Under the pieces are notes generated by a model. The model saw nothing but the letters and a program-made list of their open reading frames with translations. It made no database searches and was not told the DNA's origin. This document shows, one piece after another, positions 9,710-19,912 of a DNA stretch of 64,000 nucleotides. Each line of letters starts with the position of its first letter. Position 1 is the stretch's first letter. The stretch is taken from contig CAVSCK010000003.1 in assembly GCA_963726455.1 (NCBI GenBank), forward strand, positions 736,001-800,000. The letters run 5' to 3'. The position numbers were made by a program, and so were the translations under genes. Origin of the DNA: an uncultured bacterium. Its GTDB lineage: Bacteria; Zixibacteria; MSB-5A5; CAIYYT01.

Positions 9710-10127
9710 GTGATTCCTCCTGTGAATCAGTCAAATGCTAGGGAACATCAGTAGGGTCAAGTACTCGGAGCAAAACCCCTGCCACCACTACCTGAGTTGC
9801 GCCAACATTTTCTATCGCCGTTAATGCATTGATAGTTAATGTGTTGCAGGAATGATCCAGCATTAAATCTGGAGATTTATTCCGACATTCAGGACGCAAA
9901 TAGCCCGATTTCCGGACGACTATTGGCCGAGCATTCCGGACTATCCGGTTAATAAATTGTCCTGCAATAAAATACGGCAGGTCGCAGATTGTCCTGCTTC
10001 TGAACGGTGCGGACCGGCCGGCATCCAAGACCTTGTGCCTGCGGGGCTTGGACATTCTCATTGATTTGATTTGCCCAGCCATCCTCGACTGCCTAACTTT
10101 CCAGTCAATAACGAAAGGCAGGGATCA

Positions 10128-10856
10128 ATGCTCACCGACAAACAAGATGCCTACGGGCATGAAGTCTACGACTACCTTCACGGCATACCAAGTCGCGAAA
10201 TCGTCGAACGTGACGACGGTTACTTCGATATCAGTTCTGGCGCACCGGCATACTTTGCTCCGTTCAAACACTGGTTAACTTATGAGAAGAAGGCGATTCG
10301 TTATGCCCGCGGCCGGGTACTGGACATCGGTTGCGGCGCCGGCAGAGTGCTGTTGCATTTGCAGGAGCGCGGGCACGAATGTGTCGGGATCGATATCTCA
10401 CCGTTGGCGATCAAGACCTGCAAAGAACGCGGCGCCAAGGATGCCCGAATAATGCCAATCACTCAGATCAGTCAGCGCCTGGGACAGTTCGATTCGATTG
10501 TGATGTTCGGAAACAATTTCGGCCTGATGGGAGGACGCCGTCGCGGCAAATGGCTGCTGCGGAAATTGTATCTCATCACCACACCAGGTGCGCGAATAAT
10601 TGCGGCGAGCGCGGATCCCTACCCGACGAAGGAGCCCGATCACCTCTTGTACCAAAAACTTAACCGCAAGCGCGGACGTATGGGCGGACAAATCCGTATC
10701 AGGATCAGATACAAGACGTATGTAACGCCCTGGTTCGACTACCTGCTGGCGTCACGCGAGGAAATTATCGACTTGCTTGCAGGCACGGGCTGGCAGGTGA
10801 AGACCTTCATTGACTCGGGAGCGTATTATTACGCTGCGATAATTGAGAAGAAGTAA
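10128..10856 (+). CDS. class I SAM-dependent methyltransferase
   Basis: VLDIGCGAG, GIDISP, FDSIVMFGNNFG. Confidence 0.9.
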   Translation: MLTDKQDAYGHEVYDYLHGIPSREIVERDDGYFDISSGAPAYFAPFKHWLTYEKKAIRYARGRVLDIGCGAGRVLLHLQERGHECVGIDISPLAIKTCKERGAKDARIMPITQISQRLGQFDSIVMFGNNFGLMGGRRRGKWLLRKLYLITTPGARIIAASADPYPTKEPDHLLYQKLNRKRGRMGGQIRIRIRYKTYVTPWFDYLLASREEIIDLLAGTGWQVKTFIDSGAYYYAAIIEKK

Positions 10857-10858
10857 CA

Positions 10859-11707
10859 TTGAGTTTCGACCTGCCGAACTCGTGTAATAAGGATATGACC
10901 AGGAAGACCGATACTGACGCCAAAACGCGTCGTGTACTCGAGCGCATGGGTGGCTCGCTGAAGGCGTTCTCAACGAAGGCAGCCGATTACTCCGCGTCGA
11001 GACCTGACTATCCCGCAGCGTTTTTCGATACGCTGGTTTCAGATTGTGGATTAAAGACCCATGCAGTGATAGCCGACCTTGGCGCGGGCACCGGATTGCT
11101 GACCCTGGGATTCCTGCAAAGGGGGTATTCCGTAGTTGCCGTTGAGCCGAATGTTGCGATGCGGGAAACTTGCGACAAATTCCTGGGTAAGTTCCCCGGA
11201 TACCGAAGTATCGAGGGCACTGCCGAGTCTAACCCACTTGAGAATTCCTCCGTTGATCTGGTAACTGCGGCCCAGGCATTCCATTGGTTCGATATCGAGA
11301 AGGCAAGAACCGAGTGTTTGCGGATACTCCGGCCGCTGGGCAGTGTCGCCATAGTTTGGAACGACCGGGCTCGTGAGGATCCGCTGCAAGAATCGCTCGA
11401 CAAGATATTTGCCGAATTTGGCGGTGCCAGAAGAGCGGCGTTAGCTGCTCGCGAGAAGGTCAATCGACTACTGGAATTTTTCGGAACGGCGGTTCCGCGC
11501 GAGTATTCGTGGCCCCACCAGCACCTGCTCGGCGAGGAAGGTCTGATCAGCCTGGCTTTTTCCCGTTCCTATATGCCCGGGAGGGAATCGGCCGCAGGTA
11601 AGAAGATCACGTCACGAGTGCGACGCCTGTTCGAACAATTCTCTGAGAACTACCAAGTAACAGTCCGATACAGGACAATCGCGATGACTGGCCGGCCGGT
11701 TAAATAG
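10859..11707 (+). CDS. class I SAM-dependent methyltransferase
   Basis: RPDYP, ADLGAGTG, AVEPN, AAQAFHWF; true start likely downstream. Confidence 0.9.
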   Translation: MSFDLPNSCNKDMTRKTDTDAKTRRVLERMGGSLKAFSTKAADYSASRPDYPAAFFDTLVSDCGLKTHAVIADLGAGTGLLTLGFLQRGYSVVAVEPNVAMRETCDKFLGKFPGYRSIEGTAESNPLENSSVDLVTAAQAFHWFDIEKARTECLRILRPLGSVAIVWNDRAREDPLQESLDKIFAEFGGARRAALAAREKVNRLLEFFGTAVPREYSWPHQHLLGEEGLISLAFSRSYMPGRESAAGKKITSRVRRLFEQFSENYQVTVRYRTIAMTGRPVK

Positions 11708-11852
11708 GTCGCGATTCTTCGCGAAGTGATGCCGGAAACCTTGCAGGTCTGAACTCCTTACGAATTACTGCTGACGCAGGGTTACGCCGGAGAAACGAAG
11801 CGGTAACGAAAGTTTGGCCCACAATCACAATTTGACGCGACCCAACTTCAAC

Positions 11853-12347
11853 TCACACCCCGCTTTTCACCGTCTCTTTGCCATCGTAGGCCCGCTGCAG
11901 GCCTTTGATGTCCAGCTTGTTCATCTGCATCATCGCCAGGAAGACTCGCTTCGACTTTTCCGCGTCTTTGTCTTCCATCATTTCGCCCAAGATGGTAGGG
12001 ACGATGTTCCACGACACGCCGTACTTGTCCAGCAACCATCCACAGCCAAGCGTCTTACCCCCGGCCGACAACTTCTCCCAGTATTCATCGACTTCTTCCT
12101 GGGTCTTGCAGTTGACGAAGAACGACGGCGCCGGTGTGTAGTTGATTTGCGAACCGGCGTTGAGGGCGTAGAATTCCTCGCCGTCGAGTTGGAATGTCAC
12201 AAACAGAACAGAACCTTTCGGCCCGGGACCGACCTCGGTGTGGCGCTGGATTTTTTCAATCTTTGAGTTCTTGAATATCGAGGTGTAGAATTGCGCCGCT
12301 TCTTCGGCCTCGTCATTAAACAACATAAACGGGACGATTTTCCGCAT
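11853..12347 (-). CDS. VOC/PhnB family (3-demethylubiquinone-9 3-methyltransferase-like) protein
   Basis: KIVPFMLF...AEEAAQFY...ALNAG...CGWLLDKYGVSW. Confidence 0.92.
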   Translation of the reverse strand: MRKIVPFMLFNDEAEEAAQFYTSIFKNSKIEKIQRHTEVGPGPKGSVLFVTFQLDGEEFYALNAGSQINYTPAPSFFVNCKTQEEVDEYWEKLSAGGKTLGCGWLLDKYGVSWNIVPTILGEMMEDKDAEKSKRVFLAMMQMNKLDIKGLQRAYDGKETVKSGV

Positions 12348-12462
12348 AACGACTCCTCTCGGTGAGATTCGATTTCCGTGCGAACCGTGCGCATCGTCAA
12401 AAGCGGGCGCCGGCTTTAAGTAGAGTACGAGGAAACAGGAGAGATTTGCGTCACATTTGACT

Positions 12463-12894
12463 TTAGTATTGCCAAAAAACACGGGCGTAGAAGCTCTGAC
12501 GCCCGTCAACGAAAGAATCACTCAGGACCAGCGTGTCGCCGGCCAGGAGTTCGATAATCTCATAGGGAGAATTCGGTTTGGGAATGCTGTCAAAGACAAT
12601 GACTTCGGCCACCGTGTGGCGCCCGATATCGCGGGATCCCGTCCAATATTTTCCGCGAGATACCTCCGTTCCTTCGCTGTAATTGACGAAGTTACATCGC
12701 CAGTCCAATAACAAAACCCTGGAAGGGCCAAACACACCTACCTGACTGCAGCCACCAGTCCAACCACCGCATGTACGCACCCACTTCCAATATCCTGTAT
12801 ATGACGTATTACACGAATCGAACGTGATTTCGTCAGCATGGACGGCGATTGCGGCCACCATGACCAAAATTCCGAGCAACGCTGCGCGCCACAT
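12463..12894 (-). CDS. hypothetical secreted protein
   Basis: Signal peptide, RBS GGAGG, WKWVRTCGGWTG and DTLVLSD..VDG..S.Y.R motifs. Confidence 0.65.
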   Translation of the reverse strand: MWRAALLGILVMVAAIAVHADEITFDSCNTSYTGYWKWVRTCGGWTGGCSQVGVFGPSRVLLLDWRCNFVNYSEGTEVSRGKYWTGSRDIGRHTVAEVIVFDSIPKPNSPYEIIELLAGDTLVLSDSFVDGRQSFYARVFWQY

Positions 12895-13015
12895 AATAGA
12901 CCTCCCGTTGATATAGATCCCGAGTCACCACTTGCGGAATGTGCTTATTCGGCCTGCCGAGGTGCACCAGGAATGAAGTCTTACAATCTGTTTGACAGCG
13001 CGCCCCAGAATTGTC

Positions 13016-13393
13016 CTACGTAGTAATTTGACTGGATGCCGGATCATCCCCCGGAGATCGCGGCGGCAAGTAACCGTCGGTCAAGTGTCGTGGTGGATAT
13101 CCGGTCGGCGGCCAGCGCAAAACCAGGCACGCGAAACCGCATTCCCCATCTTCGTCGCCATCTTCATTACCTTCATCGTCGTCACCCTCGGCGACTCCGA
13201 CAGTTGAGGGAGTTCCCTGACCCGATCTGTGTCTTGGCGACCTGTTGGTCGCTACCTTGTGGCAGGATCGGCATCGTCTGGGATCGTCCTTGTAGCCCTT
13301 TTCGTTAAAGTACTCTTGCGCCGATGCAGGAAAGACAAACTCCTCTTTACAGTCGACACAAATGAGGATCTTATCCGTAAAACGTCCTTGCAT
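13016..13393 (-). CDS. zinc-ribbon (zf-trcl-like) protein with acidic tail
   Basis: DKILICVDC.EEFVF...QEYF.EKGY..DPRRCRSC. Confidence 0.85.
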   Translation of the reverse strand: MQGRFTDKILICVDCKEEFVFPASAQEYFNEKGYKDDPRRCRSCHKVATNRSPRHRSGQGTPSTVGVAEGDDDEGNEDGDEDGECGFACLVLRWPPTGYPPRHLTDGYLPPRSPGDDPASSQITT

Positions 13394-13618
13394 GAAACTG
13401 GCCCTCCCTTCCCTGAGATGAAGCCCGCAAGTAGTTCGGTTGACTTGTGCGAAATATCACAATCTCAACGACATACGCAAGCGTTTTCTTGTCCGGAACC
13501 GGCAGTCGGCAGTACTTTCCCATGCTTCATTCGCGGTCACTTTTCCGCGGCTGCAACTTCCGGAGGGATTTTCCGTAGAGAAAACTAATCGCTGATAGAA
13601 ACAACCGCGGAGGTTCAG

Positions 13619-14233
13619 ATGAGAGCATTTAGCATACTAATTTTGGCCGGCATGCTGACGCTGCCGACGGTGGCGTTTGGGCATACCGTCCATGTCGACC
13701 GTTCGAAAGTGCACCGGCACGAGAGCACGATTAAGCACGATCATAAGGACAACAACCCTACGTGTATCTTTGGTGACGAAGTCCGCAACTTTAGCTTCAA
13801 GCACAATACCGTCATCATTACTTACTCTGAAGGTGTTCCCGAGGAACTTGAGATCAATGATCGGCACGAGCTCTATGTCGATGGCAAACGAGTGAATCTG
13901 AATGGTGACCAACAGAAATTGGTGGGCGAGTTCTACGAAAAGATCAGGGAGCTGATCGACGACGCCAAGGAAGTCGGCCTTGAAGGAGCTGGCGTCGGAC
14001 TGCAAGGAGCCAAGGTCGCCGTCAAAGCCATGGCTGGCGTGTTCGCAATGCTTTGCACCAGCTATACCAGTGACGATTTGGAACGTGACATGGAGCGTGA
14101 GTCGGCCAAGATCGAGCATCGTGCGGCGGAATTGGAAGCCAAAGCGAGCAAGATCGAGGATCGCGCCAACGAGGCCGAACGACTTTACGAAAAGATGGAA
14201 GAGAGTATTCCGGAACTACATCGCGGCATTTAA
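13619..14233 (+). CDS. DUF2884/YggN-like secreted protein
   Basis: Signal peptide; LYVDGKRVNLNGDQQKLV.EFY followed by a coiled coil. Confidence 0.7.
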   Translation: MRAFSILILAGMLTLPTVAFGHTVHVDRSKVHRHESTIKHDHKDNNPTCIFGDEVRNFSFKHNTVIITYSEGVPEELEINDRHELYVDGKRVNLNGDQQKLVGEFYEKIRELIDDAKEVGLEGAGVGLQGAKVAVKAMAGVFAMLCTSYTSDDLERDMERESAKIEHRAAELEAKASKIEDRANEAERLYEKMEESIPELHRGI

Positions 14234-14239
14234 CCTTGC

Positions 14240-14998
14240 ATGAGCGACACAGCAAAACTCAAACTCTACTCCGATCTCGCAGAGTGGTGGCCGCTGTTGT
14301 CATCTCCGGCCGAATACCTGGAAGAAGCTGCGATCTATAAAGATCTTCTGATCTCTGCCTGTGCCATTCCTCCGAAAACCTTGCTCGAATTAGGCAGCGG
14401 CGGAGGCAATAACGCGTCACACCTCAAGAAACATTTCCAAATGACACTGGTTGACCTCTCTGAGAACATGCTCGATGTCAGCCGCAAACTCAATCCCGAG
14501 TGCGAGCACGTTCAGGGAGACATGCGCTCGGTGAGATTGGGGCGCGAGTTTGACGCTGTGTTCGTTCAGGATGCTGTCTCGTACATCGCGACTGAATCAG
14601 ACCTGCAGTCTACGATCCAAACGGTCTGGGTTCATTGCCGCCCGGGAGGCGCTGCCCTGTTTGCACCGGACCGGATTCGCGAGTCCTTCCGAACTACGAC
14701 CGATCACGGCGGTCACGATGCGGCCAACCGCAGTCTTCGATATCTGGAATATGCGTGGGATCCTGATCCCACGGACTCCACCTATATCTCCGACATGGTT
14801 TATCTACTTCGTGATGAGCGAGGACAGATCCGAATCGAATACGATCGCCATGTTCTCGGGCTGTTTTCTCGCGACGTGTGGCTGCGCCTGATTACAAGTG
14901 TCGGCTTCAATGTGCGAGCCGTACCTCTTGTCCACAGCGAAGTCGAGCGCGGATTGCACGAGCTGTTTGTATGCAGCAAGCCACTGGTCACTAAGTGA
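14240..14998 (+). CDS. class I SAM-dependent methyltransferase
   Basis: LLELGSGGGN, VDLS, QGDMR, FDAVF. Confidence 0.9.
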   Translation: MSDTAKLKLYSDLAEWWPLLSSPAEYLEEAAIYKDLLISACAIPPKTLLELGSGGGNNASHLKKHFQMTLVDLSENMLDVSRKLNPECEHVQGDMRSVRLGREFDAVFVQDAVSYIATESDLQSTIQTVWVHCRPGGAALFAPDRIRESFRTTTDHGGHDAANRSLRYLEYAWDPDPTDSTYISDMVYLLRDERGQIRIEYDRHVLGLFSRDVWLRLITSVGFNVRAVPLVHSEVERGLHELFVCSKPLVTK

Positions 14999-15020
14999 AC
15001 TGCTAGTTCGACAGTCGAAG

Positions 15021-15914
15021 TTATTCCACCGTGCTTTTCGGCTGACCGCGTCCGCTTCGTCTTTCAGCCCAATACACGCCGCCAAGAATCAGCAGTGCAC
15101 CAACCGCCGAGGCGACGCCAAATTCCTCGTCAAGGTACGACACCGCCAGAATTGTCGTAGATATCGGCTCAAGGTAGAGGAATATGCCGGCCTTGGCGGC
15201 GCCGACCTTGGCTAAACCCTCTTGCCAGAACCATTGCCCCAACGCCATTCCCAGAATTCCCAGAAAGAGTAACGAAAGTGTAGCCGACATCGGCATCTGC
15301 AAGAAGCGGCTCCAGTCTGACGTCAACAGCATGTAAATGGTAAGTCCAACCGTCGCCGGCAGCAGGACAGCAATCGTCACTACGACGGGATCATGCGCGC
15401 GCGAAAGGTCGCGCGTGGTCACGGTGTATATTGCCCAGGTAAACGCAGACGCGAGCACCAGCCAATCGCCAACATTGCGCAACCAGCCGAGGTGAGTCAG
15501 ATCGCCGTGCGACACCAGGGCGACAACGCCGCACGTCGCGATAGTAATGCCGATAATTTCTCGCTTCCCGATCTTCTCGCGCAAGAATACGGAAGACAAC
15601 ACTGCCAGCACGAGTGGTGTGCAGGCAATCAGCCAGCCGGTGTTGGTCGCTGACGTGTACTTGATGCCGGTTATCTGGATCAGGAAGTGGGCACAAATTA
15701 CGGTAGAGCTTGCAAGGACAACCCACAGTTCCTTGGTGCTGAATCTGAATCGTACGCGCTTGGCAACTGCAATCAGCGCCAGAATCGGCATGGCTATTAT
15801 GAGCCGCAGACCGATCAATTCCGCGGGGTTTACATACGCAACCACGATCTTGGTCGCGACGAAGGTCGCTCCCCAGATGATTACTGTTATCAGAAGTAGA
15901 AAGCGGGCTGGCAT
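15021..15914 (-). CDS. DMT/EamA family transporter
   Basis: About 10 TM segments, IWGATFVA, GDWLVL, YLEPI. Confidence 0.92.
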   Translation of the reverse strand: MPARFLLLITVIIWGATFVATKIVVAYVNPAELIGLRLIIAMPILALIAVAKRVRFRFSTKELWVVLASSTVICAHFLIQITGIKYTSATNTGWLIACTPLVLAVLSSVFLREKIGKREIIGITIATCGVVALVSHGDLTHLGWLRNVGDWLVLASAFTWAIYTVTTRDLSRAHDPVVVTIAVLLPATVGLTIYMLLTSDWSRFLQMPMSATLSLLFLGILGMALGQWFWQEGLAKVGAAKAGIFLYLEPISTTILAVSYLDEEFGVASAVGALLILGGVYWAERRSGRGQPKSTVE

Positions 15915-15992
15915 TGAGTCAATTTGCTATGCTCAAGGACATTGTGCCACGCCTAATTGACGTCGTGACCGGAGTTGCTCGCCGGCAACTCG

Positions 15993-17396
15993 TTATTGAG
16001 TGTAGCGCTTCTTGAATTCCTCGATCGCTTTCTTTCTAGCTTCCTTTACGTCGGCGGGTATATTGCCCGAGAACCATTGGTGGTCATCCATTTCGAGCGT
16101 CGTGCGAACTACTGCTGCAACTTCATTGGCCGCTCTTGCCTTGTCGCCGCCATCGCTTTTCGCTTTCTCGATGATAGCGTTCACCTGCGGCAGGAACTCG
16201 CTGTAGAAACGATCTGCGACTTCGAACATCCCGTGCCACTGGGTATAATCAGGCGCAAACATTGCGGTACCCATGCGGGCGCGTCTGCCCTCGTGGTGCC
16301 AAAGCAGAAAATAGGTCCACTCAATTTCGTCGTCGAACTGTATGTCGGGAGTGATCAATTTCCTGGTGAGCAGCAGATTGTAGATCTTAGTGGCCGGCAC
16401 CGCAAACTTGGTGTTGTAAAGTTGGACGACATCATCGTACTGCTGATAGAAGTTGTCGACGTAACTTGAGGCATGGCAATTATCACAAACCGCCTTCATA
16501 TCAGCCCGCCTGGCCTGCCAGGATTTCACCTGTAAACCCGCCTTGATAGCTGAGGTGTCGATTTTCTCGGAAATTGCCGGTCTGAGCGTCCAACTGATCC
16601 GGTCCCCGACATTGTGTGTTGTCGGCAAATCCATTGTCGCCCCCATATGGCAGGTCGCGCAAGTGGGCGCCGCGGAATAGTCCTTGCCGATTACCCACGA
16701 GGAGTTCGACAAGTTCATGCGACCGATATTGGCGTAATAAGCGATGCCGTGTTTTGACTCCTCGAAAATTTCCTTTTGCGGATGGTCTGGCCCCAGATGG
16801 CACTTGCCACAGTTTTCCGGTTGCCGCGCCAACGCCACGTCGAAGGAATGTCGGCTATGGCAGGCAGCGCAGGAACCTTTGGAACCGTCTGGGTTCAACC
16901 GCCCCATACCGGAATTCGGCCAAGTAGCGGCAGCAAGCTTTCCTTCCGGCAGAACCTTGACGACCGAGCCATGACACTGGTTGCAGCCGCTTACAGCCAC
17001 GGCTTCGCCTTCAACATCCTGTCCCAGAATATTGTCTGTGGAGCCGAGAATCCTGCCGGCATCGGCGTGGTGGGAGGCCTCGAATTGAGTTACCTCGTCG
17101 GTATGACATCTGGCACAGTCGTTGGGAGATACGATCAAGGCGATGAAAGAGCCGTTGTGTTCAAAGGCATCAGCATCTTTCGGATCGGCGGCGTGGCACT
17201 CGTAACAGCCAACGTTCACTGCGCAATGGCGGCTGTATCGCCATTCGCTAAGCAGGCCGGGCATCAACGATTCATGGCACCTGATGCAAGACGCAGACTC
17301 ATCCGACAGTCGTGTCGGAATGACCCTCTCAGTTTGGTCTGCGAAGACAGCGGTTACTGACATCCCAAGCAGTAACCAAATGACTAGCCCTTTCAT
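15993..17396 (-). CDS. octaheme c-type cytochrome, hydroxylamine oxidoreductase (HAO)-like
   Basis: Signal peptide; 8 CxxCH (CIRCH, CYECH, CARCH, CNQCH, CAACH, CGKCH, CATCH, CDNCH); GPDHPQ.EI..ESKHG; HEGRRARMG. Confidence 0.92.
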   Translation of the reverse strand: MKGLVIWLLLGMSVTAVFADQTERVIPTRLSDESASCIRCHESLMPGLLSEWRYSRHCAVNVGCYECHAADPKDADAFEHNGSFIALIVSPNDCARCHTDEVTQFEASHHADAGRILGSTDNILGQDVEGEAVAVSGCNQCHGSVVKVLPEGKLAAATWPNSGMGRLNPDGSKGSCAACHSRHSFDVALARQPENCGKCHLGPDHPQKEIFEESKHGIAYYANIGRMNLSNSSWVIGKDYSAAPTCATCHMGATMDLPTTHNVGDRISWTLRPAISEKIDTSAIKAGLQVKSWQARRADMKAVCDNCHASSYVDNFYQQYDDVVQLYNTKFAVPATKIYNLLLTRKLITPDIQFDDEIEWTYFLLWHHEGRRARMGTAMFAPDYTQWHGMFEVADRFYSEFLPQVNAIIEKAKSDGGDKARAANEVAAVVRTTLEMDDHQWFSGNIPADVKEARKKAIEEFKKRYTQ

Positions 17397-17667
17397 AGTA
17401 GTTACTCCTCTCTGGCTCTAGCTCCCGTTAGATATGCGACTGGAGGTGTCGCCTATCGTTTCTCGATGTTGTATCCCCGAAATCAAGTCGGTCAACAGAT
17501 CCACGTCAACAAACATTTCCAGCGTCGGCGCACACTCTTTTCACTTGCGGAACGGCAAATGGCGGCATAGATTAAGGTATAGACAAAAGAAAATACATCA
17601 CGCTGAGAGGATAAAGCAATCCCTGCTGTTGGGAGTTGGATTTCTAATTCGTCACAGGAGGACGCAG

Positions 17668-18741
17668 ATGAAAATCATAGGTCTTTTCCTCGCAATAACG
17701 CTGGCGGCACTGGCCGCAGGTTGTTCAGACAAACCTGTCAGCACCAATTCGGTTGACAATCAGTCCTTGACGGCGCGCCCGATCCCGCCCGAAGTTCAGG
17801 AGCTTATCGATCAAAATGCTCTGAATGTGACTGCGCTCGCAGGCGATCAGTCCGCCCGGTCGCTCGGATACAATACTCCGGCTGACAATGCGCAATATGA
17901 TGCGTACATCGTGACCTTCATCTGGGGCAGTCTGCTCAATGTTTCGAACCAATCCACGATTCTGCCGATCACAGACTGGTCGGGATCGCTGACCGCTCAT
18001 GCCGGCGGCCGGATTACGACCACCAAGACGATTGCCTTCGAAAGCGGGCAGGATTATCTGCTGCCCGTGTCGACTCCCGGAGTCGTTGCCTGGGTGTCAT
18101 GGACGGGTGCAGAATTTGACGGCATCAGCTCCATCGTGCTTCTGAATCGAAACTCGCCGGCTGCGAACGCCACCGCGATCACATTTGCCACTGCGCCATT
18201 TACTCTGCGCCTGACCGCCCCGCAAATGGCGTACTTCGCTGCCTACTATCAAATCAGCAATACGAGCGGTATCGCCGTATTTTCGCAGAAGATACCGATT
18301 AGCAGTGTCTGCCCGTCTGGTATTATGGCGGGACATTGGATCAAGTCTGATGTCGGCGGCACCAGCGGATCGTTCAGTGGCCTCTGGATGGAGCAGAACG
18401 GTGATACGTCCGGAGTCTTCAGCGGAGCATTCTGGACTGACTCCGACGGCAGCCGCCATTTCAGTGGCAACGTATCCGGAGTCTTCACCGATCAAATCAT
18501 CGCCTACCTGGACGGCACCTGGTACTATGACGATCCCCGGCTATGCCCGATGTGCGGCGCCGGCTTCGGCAAGTTCAAGGGTTTCTTCCGCTATCCTGAT
18601 CACAATGCAAACGATGGTGTTATCAAAGGCGAATTTGGCAGTCTGACTCTTCCTCCCGATCAGCTTGACATGCCGCTGTCGGGCGTCTGGGCGAAATTCT
18701 GTTACTGGACAACTCCCACGGCGGACGCCGCTGGACAATGA
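17668..18741 (+). CDS. hypothetical lipoprotein
   Basis: RBS AGGAGG, lipobox LAAGC, repeated G-x-F-x-G-x-W strands. Confidence 0.75.
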   Translation: MKIIGLFLAITLAALAAGCSDKPVSTNSVDNQSLTARPIPPEVQELIDQNALNVTALAGDQSARSLGYNTPADNAQYDAYIVTFIWGSLLNVSNQSTILPITDWSGSLTAHAGGRITTTKTIAFESGQDYLLPVSTPGVVAWVSWTGAEFDGISSIVLLNRNSPAANATAITFATAPFTLRLTAPQMAYFAAYYQISNTSGIAVFSQKIPISSVCPSGIMAGHWIKSDVGGTSGSFSGLWMEQNGDTSGVFSGAFWTDSDGSRHFSGNVSGVFTDQIIAYLDGTWYYDDPRLCPMCGAGFGKFKGFFRYPDHNANDGVIKGEFGSLTLPPDQLDMPLSGVWAKFCYWTTPTADAAGQ

Positions 18742-18907
18742 GCCGGCGTCATTCGTATCTGTGATACTTTTGCTTTACCAAAATTACCGATTACACTCTG
18801 GGGCGACTGATCATCGCCCCGTTTGTCATCTGAGCCAACGAATTGCCTTTTTGCCGGAGCTTGAATAATGCATGTTTGCGAACTGCGTCTGTCAAAGAGG
18901 AGCAAAC

Positions 18908-19798
18908 GTGGAAAGAGCGTTGCAGATAACCGATCACATCACCCCCATCAAACAAATTCTCGCCAGAGACAACGAGTTCAGACAACTAGAACTACATCGT
19001 CTGATCCATCGACTTCGTAAATTAAACAGCAAACACTTCTACAAGAGCATGTCTGTCGACGAGGCAGTAGACAGAATTTTGGAGCCAGAATGGCGGCGGC
19101 GCGTTAAAGATTTCAGCATAAAGGAGTGGCAGGCCACCACCGAAGTTATCTGGCGGTATGCGCGCAAACTCCTGGGCGATGTCCCGCCTCCCGAGATCAT
19201 ACTGTATCCCGGCTTTAACCGCTGTAATGGGAGAGTCTACCGAGTTGACGACAGGCCGGTAATCGTTTGCTGCCCCGACTTTCCTGCCACAACGAGCAGG
19301 AGCGTAAAGCTGATAATCGCGCACGAGTACGTTCACTTCGCTCGATGGCGCATAACCGGCGTGGCTTCCGACAATCTTCCTATCTACGCCAACCTTTACG
19401 AGGAAGGTCTTGCCACCTGGATCTCGTCGCAGTTGCTTCCAGACTATAAACAAGCAGAAATCTTCATGTCTAACTTGCATCGGCTCGTGGGCCGGCCAAA
19501 TCCTGAGGGTGGTTATCAACTGTGGTGCCGAAGAAATGTAGAAGAGATCGCGAAGTTGGCGCAGCGCAACTTGCACGCTCGGAGCGGCAATGAGACAGGC
19601 CGATTGTTCCAGGGCGCTCGATTCCGTGGCGACAATACGCCAATTCGGACCGGATACTATTTGGGGTACCGCATAGTCGAAATGCTCGCTAAGGATACAA
19701 GGCCGAGAGAACTCCTGACATTGAGACCGACTGCGCGGCTCGTTTCTCATTGGCTTGAGCAATTGACCGACAGCGGCCAGGTCGGTGGAATCTGCTGA
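18908..19798 (+). CDS. DUF2268-like putative Zn-dependent protease
   Basis: IAHEYVH...EEGLA...GYYLGYRIV. Confidence 0.8.
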   Translation: MERALQITDHITPIKQILARDNEFRQLELHRLIHRLRKLNSKHFYKSMSVDEAVDRILEPEWRRRVKDFSIKEWQATTEVIWRYARKLLGDVPPPEIILYPGFNRCNGRVYRVDDRPVIVCCPDFPATTSRSVKLIIAHEYVHFARWRITGVASDNLPIYANLYEEGLATWISSQLLPDYKQAEIFMSNLHRLVGRPNPEGGYQLWCRRNVEEIAKLAQRNLHARSGNETGRLFQGARFRGDNTPIRTGYYLGYRIVEMLAKDTRPRELLTLRPTARLVSHWLEQLTDSGQVGGIC

Positions 19799-19912
19799 TC
19801 GGCTTCATTCTCGCGATAGTTCTGTCTCCTCATACTCCCATAGGATATATTGGAGTAGCCCTGCCAGGGATGGAAGCGCGCGTAGTTGCCGCAACAGAAC
19901 GGAGATTATCAA

